Assembly: GCA_016748015.1 (NCBI GenBank)
Contig: JAAOMT010000708.1
Span: forward strand, 186,001-250,000
Direction: 5' to 3'
From: Geosiphon pyriformis uo1
Taxonomy: Eukaryota > Fungi > Glomeromycota
DNA length: 64,000 nt
Every line of letters begins with the position of its first letter. The stretch's first letter is position 1. The notes under the pieces were generated by a model. The model saw nothing but the letters and a program-made list of their open reading frames with translations. It did not search any database and was not told the DNA's origin. Positions 51,628 to 64,000 of the stretch are shown here, one piece after another. The translations under genes were made by a program, and so were the position numbers.

Positions 51628-54600
51628 TATTACAGATAAACTTGGTGGGTAATAGAGATAGTAATATTTGGTGTTCTCAATTATTGGTAATGCATCTTCC
51701 GCATAATTCTGTTGACTTAGTCTTGATTATCAGTCTCTAAAGGTCTATTTCTGAATGTGAATTTATCCATTGAGTTCTTTGATTATAAGGCACAGAGTTC
51801 ATTTTTCGTCAATTGCAATGTTTTCTGTAAATGTGAGTTTTTTTCTCCGAGCTAATAAGCACAGTCATTAGGGTCTGGTGGTGTCTTTTTGCTCTTCTGG
51901 TAAGCTAACAAGATAACATTAATATCCAAAACTTAGGGGGAGCCTCTCTCTTTTACCAGGCTATCATGAAGTCTATTCCCAGACAGTCGATTTTACTATG
52001 TTGTCACTCCACAAAAGAAAATAAGAAAGAAAGAAAAAGAAAAAAAAGAAAAAGATATATTAGTATCGTCAATTGCTATGATCAAGAGTGATTGGTCCAA
52101 ATTGTTAATAGTCCAAGGCAATTATGCTAAGAGCATCTGTTCTAAAACAAAGGTACAAAACAATAGTTAATTCACGTAAATTCCACACAGTTTAAGAACA
52201 TGAATTTGTAATTCTGATTTCTTTAATAATTGATTTATTTCAGAAGATGAATATAGAAATATAATAAATGAGGAGGGGTAATAGATATTTGTTTTTTGTT
52301 TAGTAATTCATATCTATCTGTCTGTCTTTTTTCTTCTACAACTACTTGCTTTTATACATTTTTTTGGTTTTACAAAATTGCTTCTAATTGTTTTGTTATT
52401 ACTAACTATTGTTTTTGTTATTTCTGTTATTGCATTGTTCTTCTATGTTATTTCTAGTTATCTTATATTATAACACGTTATCTAGTATTATTACATATTA
52501 TTCTGTGTTGTTCTCTGTTATAACACATTATCTGGTATTATTACATATTATTCTGTGTTATTTTATGTTATAACGTATTATTCTGTGCTATCCTAAATTA
52601 TAACATGTTATTCAATATTATTGCATGCTATTCTGTGTTATGTTACATTCTGGTCATGTTTTTTTTAACTTCGGATTGCTTTTTCTACTCAGGTAATATT
52701 ATCCCTCTCTTTTTAGTATTGAGCTCCTGCAAAATCATATGTATTTGTTCCTATGTTTTTGTTTGTGTAATATTCGATAGTTGCATTGAGTATTGTTTTT
52801 CATAAGTCTTTAAACTGTCAATTGGTAATTTATCCTATGTTGTTAACTGTTATTGTTTTTATAGATCTATATAACAATACATTTAAACAATGTTGGAAAG
52901 TGGTGTATAATTGATATACTGCTTTGTAATATAGGGTCAGGTTGCTTCTTCCTATGAATTTTTCTACTTGTTGCATTGCTTCTTTATTGAAAGTTTTCTG
53001 GCTGAGGTCTTCATATAATGTCTTCAAATCTAGTTGTTTACCAATTTTGTAGAACCAATATACTGGAGGAAGTCTTTCTTTCCATTCCTGGGCATTGTCA
53101 GGTGTCCACTCTCCTGTTTTGGAGAGTTTGGTCCCACAAGCTAAAGCTTTTTTTATTTCTTCTAGCTCGGGAACCAAGTATCTTCTTTTATAAAATAATT
53201 CTCGTTTCTCCACGTTTTCTTCAAGCCCCACCCAAGACAAATTAATTCTTTTTTGTAAAATTCCTTTCTCGGGCAGAGTGTAAAGATGAGAATGGTTAGT
53301 TCTAGTTGAACTTTTGCCCATCTCTTCCTTCTTTTTATCTCTATATCTTATTTTTTTTCTATCAATTATAATTTTTACTTGAGATGTTGATTTTTGAATT
53401 GTTTCAAATAATTGTTTAGATAATTTTAAAATTTGATCTGAAAGATCTATGTTGAAATTTCTATTGTTTCTTGCTGCTTTTCAGATGCTATATATATTTG
53501 AATTTTTCACTTTAATTTGCTGTACATTGTCTATATTTTGATGACAATGATTGGTTCTAGATCTCATGGTATATTTTCTGGTCTGATTAATGAAATTTGT
53601 GTTCCTAGTTAAGGTACTGATGACAATGATTCTTGTTTTGTATGATAAATTTTTAACCAATTTTCATGTGCTACTTTTTTTAAAATTCTGTTTTCCAATC
53701 GTAATTTGTAAGCTCTATTTTCTAATGATTCATGTATGTAGAATAGACCATCCCACTTTGGGTCAAACTTTCCACTCCACTGTTTCTCCACTTTTGTATG
53801 ATGTAACAGTACCTGGTCTCCAATCTTGAATTCCATTGGTTGTTTTGATAGGCAGTTATTATGTCTTTCTTTTTGTTGTTCTTGAGCATGACTAATATTG
53901 TCAGCTGCTGTTCTTCAATTGCCTTCCAATGTTTTCATTAGCTCAAAATTTTCTTCGTTGATTGTTTTTGTTGAGTATAATAGTATCACTTGTTCAATTG
54001 GTAATATAGCTTTTCTTCTATAGATTAGTTCGAAGAGTGTGAACTGAGTCATATTTTGTTTCAATGTTCGGTATACAAAAAGTACAGAAGGTATGAATAA
54101 GTCCCATTCTTGTTTGTTTTCATGACTTATTTTTGCTAGTGCTTTATACAGTGTTTGGTTAAATTGTTCTACCAGTCTGTTCATTTGTGAGTGGTATGGT
54201 GACGATAAGAGTCATTTTATTCTAAACTATTGGCTTAGTTCAGTTAGTGTATTATTAACAAAATGTGTTCCTTGATCAGATAATAATTCTTTTGGACATC
54301 CATGTTGGCAAATTAAGTCTTGATGCACAAATTCAGCTACTGTTTTGGCATTGGCCACTTAGATTGCTCTGGTTTCTGACCATTTTGTAAGATAGTCTAC
54401 AGCTACAGCAATATAGCAATTTCCTTAGGATGTAATTGAGAGAGATCCAACCAAATTGATCCCAATTCTATCAAATAGATTTCCAACTGGAATGGATCAA
54501 AATAGTTCTGTTGATTTTGCTCCTTCTTTTCACTGGCATGTGTTACAATTGAGCATGTATTTGAAAATGTCTTTGTACATTAGTGGCCAATAATATAAAT

Positions 54601-57600
54601 TTAGTGTTTTTTTGAGGGTAGCATCCTTGTTAAAGTGTCCTATGGTTGGATCAGAATGCATATTATGTAATATAGTTTCCTTTTCACTGTTCTTTATAAC
54701 TTATTGTGAGGTGGGACGGTTTCAACGTTCTCATCAATATAGTTGGTTGTCTTGAATAAAATAATTTTGGGCTTGTTTTCATATGGTATCTTGTTCCTAT
54801 TAAGATAATATCTCCTTGAAATGTAGTGTCAATAGGTACTGATGTAGTCATTGATAAGTGAGTGTGTCTATGGGTCTGGGATTAGATTTGTGGCATTCTC
54901 GACAAACTGTCAACATTGGTGTTCTTAGATCCTTTCTTGTAATAGATTTTGAGTGGAAATTGTTGTAGATAAGTACTTCATCTTGCATATTTTCCTTCTA
55001 ATTGTAAATTATTAAGTAATCATATAAGTTCTTTGTGATTGATATATAGGTCAAATGGTTGACTGAAGTAATTTTTCCAAGTCTGTATGGCCCAATAAAT
55101 GACAAGACATTTCAGATCTGTTGTGCTGTAATTTTTTTTTGCCAGGCTCATGCTGTGACTGGTGTAAACAACTGGATGTTTTCTATTGTCTGGTCTTATC
55201 TGGGATAATACTGCTCCTAGAGCATTTTTCAAGGTGCCTGTAACAACAATAAACCGTTTAATAAAATCTGAGTAAATCAGGATGAGGGATGTGATCAAAC
55301 ACTGCTTGAGATAGTCAAATGTTTTCTGTTGATCTTCCTTCCACAAGTACAGTATATATTTGGACAACAAATAATGAAGTGGTTTTGTGATGTTCAAAAA
55401 ACCTTTGACAAATCAACAATAATAGCCTGCCAATTCTAGAAATCTTTGTAATTCTCTAAGGTTGATTGGGACTGGAAAATTTTTGACTTTTCAGACCTTA
55501 TCTGGATTGGGTTTGACTTTGTCTTTGCCAATTACATGTCCTAGGAACTTTAACTTGGTTTTTCCAAAGAAGCATTTATTGGGGTTGAATTTCAATTCGG
55601 CACTACAAAGGCATTTGAAGACTTGTTGCAGATGGAGCAAATAATCATCGAACATTTCAGAGAAAACATTGGTATTGTTTAGATATACTATGACTGATTT
55701 CCACAGGATTCCTTTGTATATGATATTCATGAGGTGCTGGAACATAGTGGGAGCATTACAGAGTCCAAAAGACATTATATTAAACTCAAAGTTTCCATCT
55801 TGAGTAGTGAACACTGTTTTTTTTTTGTCTTTGGGATTCATTTCAACTTGCCAGTAACTACTTGCTAAATCTAATGACAAGAACCATTTCTTTTTCTCTA
55901 GATTATCCAGAATTTCTTGGATTGAGGGAAGTGGAATAACTATCTCCTCATGTGACACTATTTAGTTTTCAGTAATCTATGCAGAATTGCACCTTTCCAT
56001 TTTTCTTGATAACCAAGACTATTAGGAAGAACCAAGGGCTTAATAATTTTTTGATCAGGCTATTGTCAAGCATTCATTGGACTTCTTGTTTAATAAAGTT
56101 GTTGCCAGATGGGAGTATTCGGTAAGCTCATTGTTTAATAGGTCAAGTGTCTCCCATATTAATCTAATGCTTTACAATGTCAGTGTGTCCAAATTCATTT
56201 TTGCTGGCAAAAATATTAACATACTGATTCAGAAGGACTTTGAGTTGCATTTGTTGTAGGGTACTTAAGTTTCCTAAATTCAATTTATGGATCTCCTTTG
56301 GTGTAAACAAGTAACTTTCTTTTGACAAATTCTATACTTGTGAAATAATGTTGCAAAATAGGAATAGCTGTGTAAAATCTGGAATGGACTAGGGTTTTTT
56401 GGAATGTTAAATGTCCAGTGAGATGGAACCAATGAGGGTTCCTTCAGAGATTTCAATTACATCTTCTGTGGAATTGTGGATAAGGATTTTGAAGTGTTTA
56501 TGGGCTTTGGCCAGTAGATATAAGTTAGCAACGTTGGCTAGAGAACAGATTTTAGGATCAGTTTTAAATAACAGGGCTTGATCTTGGATCTTTTGATTTA
56601 TCTTAAGGAGGTATTGTTGGTAAGAGGGAATGGAGATGACTGTGTCAGTATAGATAAGTTCTATTTGGTTACTGTCTTTCTCCGTGAAATTGATTGGTAT
56701 ATTTTCTCTTTCACTTGATTCAAATCCATTGATTCCTCAAGCAGTGAGGCCTAATTCTATTTGGGTTGTTATCAGGGTTAATTGGGGTATTTTGACTAGG
56801 GGTAGGAAGATAGCTTGGGCAATCTTTTTTTGTGATTTTATTTTGTAGAGTTGGTCTGAATTGTTCTGTAGCATCATAATGATGTTTCCCATGTAACCAG
56901 CATTAATGATTCCTCCTTTTACATCGATTTTTTTCTTGGCTAGACTAGATCAAGAGGCAACTTGTACTATTGTATTAATAGAAATTTCTAACACTATTTT
57001 AAGATCTATTTTTACAAGGGAATATGGGGCTATAATAATGGGTAATTGTCCAGAGTATTGTAGGTTAAAACTAACATCAGTGTCATGCATTTTTTTGGAG
57101 CAAATTCTTTTTTTATTGTCACTGTACCATTTTAGCACTAGTTTTTTGGATAGGTCGGAATACGCAAGATACTGTTCTGTTTTGGTCTCCTCAGTTGGAT
57201 CTTAAAATGATGTGTCCTCAATGGTCAATTCTTTTTCTTCCTCGAGCTCAAGTAGTTTGGTAATTAGGAACAGTATTTTTGGAGGCAGATTGAACATAAG
57301 ATCACATTCATCACAGTACTGGAAGTGACAAGAAATTAAACAATGATCACACAGTTTCGTATTTAAGTCAGCTAGTCTCTGTTTTTGTTCTTCTCAAGTT
57401 GGGGCCAATTCTTGATAATGGTCCTAAAATGCATCTGGGTTATCCATGAAAAAATCTTCAATAAGGTAATTGGTTCTATTATATTTGAGTACAAATAGAT
57501 TTTCTTTGATTTCTCATATTTCGCTAAGTGTGGCACTTTTGGCTTTGGCACTGGCCATTTTTCATATTTTGTGCTCATTGTATGGGTAACTGTCCAATTA

Positions 57601-60600
57601 ATTAAGTGCTTGTCTCTAGGCATCCTCAATTGGGGTTCCCTTTTGTACCCAATCATTGATCAAGATGGACTATTGACATGCTTTGTCACATGTTCCTTCT
57701 CTGCCAGGTACATTATTCCAGAATTTTTCATCTGACAGGATCTTACCACAGACAAAACATGATGTACTGTTCTATTTGCCTTGTTATTTTGGTTTTCTGA
57801 ATCTTTCCATTATGCATGGTCTGCAATAGTATTTTGTGGCAGTTGGCCATTCTTTATTATCTCCTATACACATGCCCATAGAGGATAACTTTTTTCCACA
57901 GTCAACACAGTTTAATTTCAGGGTTCAATAACATTGACTTTCTTGACTTGGGGCAGAATAGCCTGCAGATGCTGATTGTAGTTTTTCTTCTGCTTTTCCC
58001 TTTCTTTTTTCTTCCCAAGTTGGTAATAAGAGTAACTCTGTTCGGAAATCATCTGCCCATGAAACCTGATAGGTTTCTATGGTTGGTGGTAGTGTTGTGT
58101 CTTTGAATTCAATTAGCAGTTCCTCTGAGCTTTGAACTTGGAAGTGTCTACATGTAGCCAGAACTTGGGCATGTTGTCTATTAAAAGTAATCTGTAATTT
58201 CTGTGTGTTCCAGTCAAGAGTGGCATGGGCTTTGGCCAACCAGTCATTTCTGATGAGGGCTTAATATTGTGTGGCTTTCATTACCAGGACTTTAATAGGA
58301 ATCTGGATTCTATTGATCTCGAAGAGGAAATTATTGATTTCTCCAATGGGAGTCTTGGTATTGCCATCTGCAGTGATAATTTGGGCAGTTGTGGCACAAT
58401 CTATTCAGTGATTGATTCATAAGTTGTTTCATTATTATACTGCCCACTGAACCACTGTCTAAAATTAACTTAATATCTATGTTCCTAACTTTAGCATTAG
58501 TGTACAGAGCCATGATTAGTTTATCCTGATTAATGGCGGCTCCACTGAAAAGGCTAGTGGTATTTAGGTGGTCAATGTCAAAAAGAAATATGGCAGCAAG
58601 GGTAGTGTCTTTAGTAATGGTAACAGGTGGAATGGTATTGTTGATTTGATTTTACCTTGAAGGGGTGGGAGTCTTTTTTACATCCTTCTCTTCTAAAGGT
58701 GTAGAACTATAAAAATTCTGATTTTTAGTAAGACCAAGATATGAGGCTTGGTTAGGATATCTAATTGGTGCTGATCGAGACAGAGCATTACTACAATTTA
58801 GGAATTGTGATGGTACACTGTTAGTTGGCCTCTAATTGTTGCTGGGGTTCTTCTATTCTTGGTTGTAATCAATTACATGATGCCTAAGTTGGCTATTAAT
58901 GGGGCTTTGATACTGAGGTGCTGCTTGAATCATTGGCTGTAAAGACTGGTAGTAGGTCTGAGGTGGTTGCTGGGTATACTGCATTTGTTGTAAGTATTAA
59001 GATAGTTGATATTGAGGTGTGGGATATTGGAATACTATGTTTTAAGGATATCTCAAGTGCTGATATTGATTTTCTTGGTTTTGGTCTATTACTTTTTTAC
59101 AGCAGTCCCAGATAATATGTTCAGGTTTCTGCCAATAGTAACAATTATGGAGATCAGATCTCCAAGGTTGTTGTTGTTGCTGGCAATTCTGTTGTGTTGG
59201 TATCTGGTGTTATTACTATCCTTTCATTGTAATAGTTGGTAGGATCCTACAGTATTGACTAAAAATTCCTCAATTTTCTGAGTTAATTTCTCACTTAATT
59301 GAGTTATTTTTGTGTCAATATCAGATGTTCTATTGATAACCAGATTAACAGCTTGAGTATGGTTAGCCTCTTGTTCTGCTGACTCAAAGTCATGAGCAAG
59401 AATAACTGTTTCTTGTAGGTTTGTTGGGTGGTGGGGTCTTATGGATTGGAGAAGACTGCTTTTTAATTTTTTGACAAATTGGTTAAGAATTTGTGCCACA
59501 GTGTAGTAATCCCTTTCAATGGCCTGAATTTGACAAAAGATTTGGTTGAATCATTCAAGATAAGTGGTTACTGCTTCGTGGTCTTTTTGTTTTATGATAC
59601 TGAACTGATTTTGTAATCTGATGAGAGTGTTGGAATCACAGAAGTATTGCAGAAAGGCAAGTTTAAAGGTGGTGAAGTTGGTTGGTTTCTCTGTAAGGCT
59701 TTGATACTATGAGTCTGCAGTTTTGGTCAGAAAAAATGGCAACACTTGAATGGTCTTATCATTATCCCAATTGTTAGTGGTGATGGCTTTCTTAGCTTCT
59801 GCAATCTATATATGTGTCATCTTTTTTACCAGAGAATTTCTCTAATTTGGTGATATCTTGGTAAACCATGATCTGGTGGGTAGGTAGAGTCTTACTGATT
59901 GATGCTGGGGGGTTTGGTGTTTGCATGCTAGAGTGTTCTCTTGGTGTTAATTCTGGTTGTTTCTCTTTGTTAATTTTCCCAATAGGCTGGAGGATAGCTG
60001 TTTCTTCAGAGGGAATGGTTGATGATTCAGTTAATGGTTAAGTTGGCAGTGGTTCCTATGTTGACATATTTCCATCTGTTTTGTTAAGTGTTGAGAAAAG
60101 ATTTCTAAACAATGATCTGTATTTTCCTAATAATTTGGTCCAACTATGTTGATTTCAAGAGTATGGATTTCCAGAAATGTGTAGTGTTTCCGACTGGGTT
60201 TCTGGGGGTGAATTGAATACAATTCTACTTTGGGGTGTCTAATGATATAATAGGGTTGTTGGGGAGAGGAACCTTGGTTTTTTGTTGACTGTAGACTTGG
60301 CTTGGGCAGTTCCAGGGTTATTGGATTTGTTTTTGTATTCCTCAAAGTCAGATTCCACTGGTTGTTGTACTTGAGAGAATTATTTTGCTATATAATATTT
60401 AATGTCTGTATTGATTATGCACAGAGTTTTAGCAATTGCTCGGATGGTCGTGGCTGTTGAGTACCCTAATAAGCTTTAATAGATTTGTTCTCCCAGTCTT
60501 CCTGTGTCAGTTGCACAGTCTAATAAGCAGTCAATTTTTGTGTTGATATAGTTGCAAAAATTACTTTCTGTATAAGTAGTTTCTGCTGGTATTTCTAGGT

Positions 60601-61805
60601 CTTTTCGAAAGTATTGAAATAGTGCTTTTCCATATAGGAAGTGGTTCTTTTCTACTGTTCCAATAGTTGCCACTTTTGTGTATTTCTGGGGTGCTCTGTC
60701 TCTGTGGATTTATAACCTTATAGGGAGCACCAAATGTTACGAATAAACTTGGTAGATAATAGAAATGGTAACATTTGGTGCTCTCAATTATTGGTGATGT
60801 ATCTTCCACGTAATTCTGTTGGCTTAGTCTCAATTATCAGTTTCTGAAGGTCTATTTCTGGATGTAAATTTACCCATTGAGTTCTTTGATTATAAGGTAC
60901 AGAGTTTGTCTTTTGTCAATTGCAATGTCTTCTATAAATATGAGCTTTCTTTTCCGAGCTAACAAGCACAGTCATTAGGATCTGGTAGTGTCTTTTCACC
61001 CTTCTGATAAGCTAACAAGATAACGTTAATATCCAAAACCTAAAAGGAGCCTCTCTTTTTTACCAGACTATCATGAAATCTATTCCCAGACAGTTGATTT
61101 TACTATATTGCCACTCCACAAAAGAAAATAAGAAAGAAAGAAAAAGAAAAAAAAGAAAAAGATATATTAGTATTGTCAATCGCCATAATTAAAAGCAATT
61201 GGTCCAAATCATTAATAGTCCAAGGTGGTTATACTAAGAGCATTTGTCCTAAAACAAAGATACGAAACAATGGTTAATTCATGTAAATCTCACACAGTTT
61301 AAGAACATGAATTCATGATTCTGATTTTTTTGATAATTGATTTATTTCAGAAGATGAATATAGAAATATAATAAATGAGGAGGGGTAATAGATATTTGTT
61401 TTTTGTCTAGTAGTTTGTATCTATCTGTCTGTCTTTTTTCTTCTACAACTATTTGCTTTTATACATTCTTTTGGTTTTACAGGATTGTTTCTAATTGTTT
61501 TGTTATTGCTAACTATTGCTTTTATTATTTCTGTTATTGCTTTGTTCTTCTACATTATTCCCAGTTATCCTACATTATAACACGTTATCTAGTGTTATTA
61601 TATGTTATTCTGTGTTGTCTTCCATTATAACATGTTATCTAGTGTTATTACATGTTATTCTGTGTTATTTTATGTTATAATATATTATCTTGTACTATCC
61701 TAAGTTATAATATGTTATCCAACGTTATTGTGCACTATTCTGTATTATGTCACATTCTGGTCATGTTTTTTCTAACTTCAGATCAGTTTTTCTACTTGGG
61801 TAACA
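51628..61805 (-). mobile_element. Full-length family-A gypsy element A2 (flanks do not match)
   Basis: 5' LTR 60735-61805, PBS, GTG 60673, gag ATG 59869, PR (LDSGS), Zn, dUTPase ~56710-57138, RT/RH to stop 54882-54884, IN 53531-54871, ORF3, PPT 52699-52715, 3' LTR 51628-52698. Confidence 0.94.
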
Positions 61806-63246
61806 ACATTAAAGTAGATCTAAATTTTTCAAGTTTATTTACTCCAACTGTTTTGGTTGTAGTAAATAATATTCTTTTTATTTATAGATTATTTGTAATA
61901 TAATATTCACATATTTACACAGTTGTAGAAAATCTGGAATAGTAGTTGGTATTTGGTTTTTAACTTCAGTATTTAAGTATCTAATGGTGGTTTTATTTGG
62001 TATTTTTATAAGATTTTTGGTTATATTATATATTAGAATTTTGATATGTTTATGGTTTTTGGCTAAGATGTAGAGATTGATAATACCAATTTTTTCTAAT
62101 TCACAAATGTTTGGTTTTACTTTAAAAATTTGGAGTTAATCCTTTACTTTTTTTTCTATAGTTAATATATGTTGGTTGTATAATAAAATAAAAATAAATT
62201 AATTAGTGAAAATAATTTCTTTCTTATTAATGGTTTTTTTTTGTCATATTAACTAGTATCTTTATATTACTTGTAAATTCGAATTTTTTTATCTCTTTTG
62301 TTGTAATTCTTAATTTATTTCTCATTTTTACTAACACTAATTAAGCTATTTTTATTAGAAACAGAAATATTGCCTGTGCTATCTTTTTATTTGGTTTAAT
62401 TGTGTATCTTTTTTCTGAATTATTTTGTAATATTACAATAATATTTCTTACATATTCTGTATTAATTATTTTTTTTCTAATATTAATCTTTTTTTTTGCT
62501 AAATTAAATCTAAAAATTAATTGAATTATTATTATTGCTGGAATTTTCAGTACTATTTTCAAATCTATACTGGTGTATAAATAAAATTCCAATCTGATAA
62601 TACTTTTTTTCAGATATCTGAAATTAAATTCTGTATTGGTATTATGTGCATATTTTGGCATGATACTTTTATTATTATTATTACTGAATTATTTGAGTTT
62701 CTGTTTCTTTAAAAAATCTAAAAGTGCAATATATTGTTTAAAATTTTTATTGGAGTTTGAATCATCATTGTTGTTATTGTCATAATGAATAATATTAGAA
62801 TTATTGTTATTATTATTATTAGAATTTAAATTGTAATTGAATTTTGATTTCAATTTTAATACACATTCACTAATTGGTTCTTTTTTTTTAGTAATTAAAT
62901 AAATTATACATAATAGTAGATTGTAAATAAAATTACAATTATCACAATATTTAAAGTCACTGAATATTAAGCAAAATTTACAGAATATAGTATTTAATTG
63001 TTCTAAATACTGTTTTTGTTCTTTTTAAGTAGATGCTAGATCTTGATAATGTTTGTGAAATTGTTTTAAATTGTTCAGAATATCAATAAATGCATTTGAG
63101 TTGGGTATAAAAACAGTTTTAACAGATTCTGATAGGTTATTTTTAATTACCAATATTTTGCTAAATAAAGTGTCTTTAACTTTAGCACTTATTATTTACC
63201 AAATTTTATCTTTATTGTGTAGATAACTGTATAAGTATAAGAGTGT
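61806..63246 (-). pseudogene. Family-B internal fragment J: Zn region, dUTPase, dUTPase-like domain
   Basis: ORF 62341-62661 is a decayed dUTPase (KIAQAIF). Confidence 0.85.
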
Positions 63247-64000
63247 TGTTACAGGTAAATATTTCTTTTGTTGGATTAAATAAAAACCCATAACTTGGTG
63301 CTTAAATCAAGTTGTAGTTGATGATGATCTAAAGATTTGTATCTAAAAGTTTTGGTTAAGTTCTTTATATAATGAACAGAGATTCAATGGTGATAGTTTT
63401 ATCCGTAGCTTCTCAAAACTGCAGTTTCGTCAATTTTTTTCTCAGCTTGATGGCTGGTATTTCTCCTGGTAAGCTATCCTCAATCGAGTATTCTACCTTT
63501 ATTCCTGGGTTTTTTACCAGTCATGTTTATCCTGATGTCAGTGTTCTGTGCATTAATCCTCAATAGAGTTAGTAAACAACAATAAACTCAAAGCAAGAAA
63601 ATGAAAAAATAAAAATAAAAATAAAGAAAGAAAAGAAATAAGCCAAGATGATTTGCAAGTTAGTATTCCATCAATAGTCATGATCAAGAGCTATTGTTCC
63701 AGTGTGGTTATGTGTTGATTACTATTAACATGAAGTGTTGATAATGGAAATGGATTTAAGATAACAAATAGTTATTTATTAGATGGCTGTAATTTGAAGA
63801 GTTGCTTAGATTAAATCTAAACTTGAGAGGTTTCACTAAAGGATTCTTTTTTTTTTTGTAATTTTAATAATTATGATTTTGCAAGTCTAATTGATTCTAT
63901 AAGTCTAATTGACTCCGCAAATTAATTGACTCCAAGTCTTATTGACTAATTTTCTAACTTCTGATACTACTGCTATATATACATATTTGAGATTCCTCAA
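63247..64000 (-). repeat. LTR (U5/R part, same subfamily as 15293-16173), runs off the window
   Basis: TGTTACAGGT end with no adjacent PBS; TATA at ~63975; short AAGTCTAATTGACTCC repeats at ~63880-63950. Confidence 0.9.

Noticed and set aside
61403-61903. Hydrophobic membrane-protein-like short ORFs (also 5753-5956, 52605-52805 and many antisense ORFs)
   Set aside because: Translations of LTR tandem repeats or of the T-rich strand antisense to gag/pol; no independent coding evidence

Overview
The whole window is a nested transposon graveyard from an AT-rich eukaryote. The repeat proteins resemble what I recall of Glomeromycota (Geosiphon-like) fungi; this is inference, not checked. I see no host gene, RNA gene or CRISPR array. 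About ten copies or fragments of related Ty3/gypsy-type LTR retrotransposons (two main families, here A and B, plus remnants), three solo LTRs, one LTR cut by the window end and one APE-type LINE are stacked into one another. All are pseudogenised by C>T/G>A hypermutation. The best copy (B1, 21371-31569; 884-bp LTRs, 4-bp TSD) allows the ancestral design to be reconstructed, and it is unusual: LTR - tRNA PBS occluded by a U5 hairpin - GUG-initiated ~320-aa extension lying in an AUG desert - AUG/Gag (CA, CCHC) - protease - multi-Cys zinc region - dUTPase - dUTPase-like domain - RT - RNase H - conserved STOP - separate integrase ORF - STOP - unknown ORF3 - PPT - LTR. Further signals: all 13 insertion sites have a central CA/TG/TA step (decayed CpG?), LTR divergence is almost purely transitions with a TpC bias, and structured RNA blocks are conserved between otherwise unalignable LTR families. 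All counts are by hand and boundaries of decayed copies are approximate.
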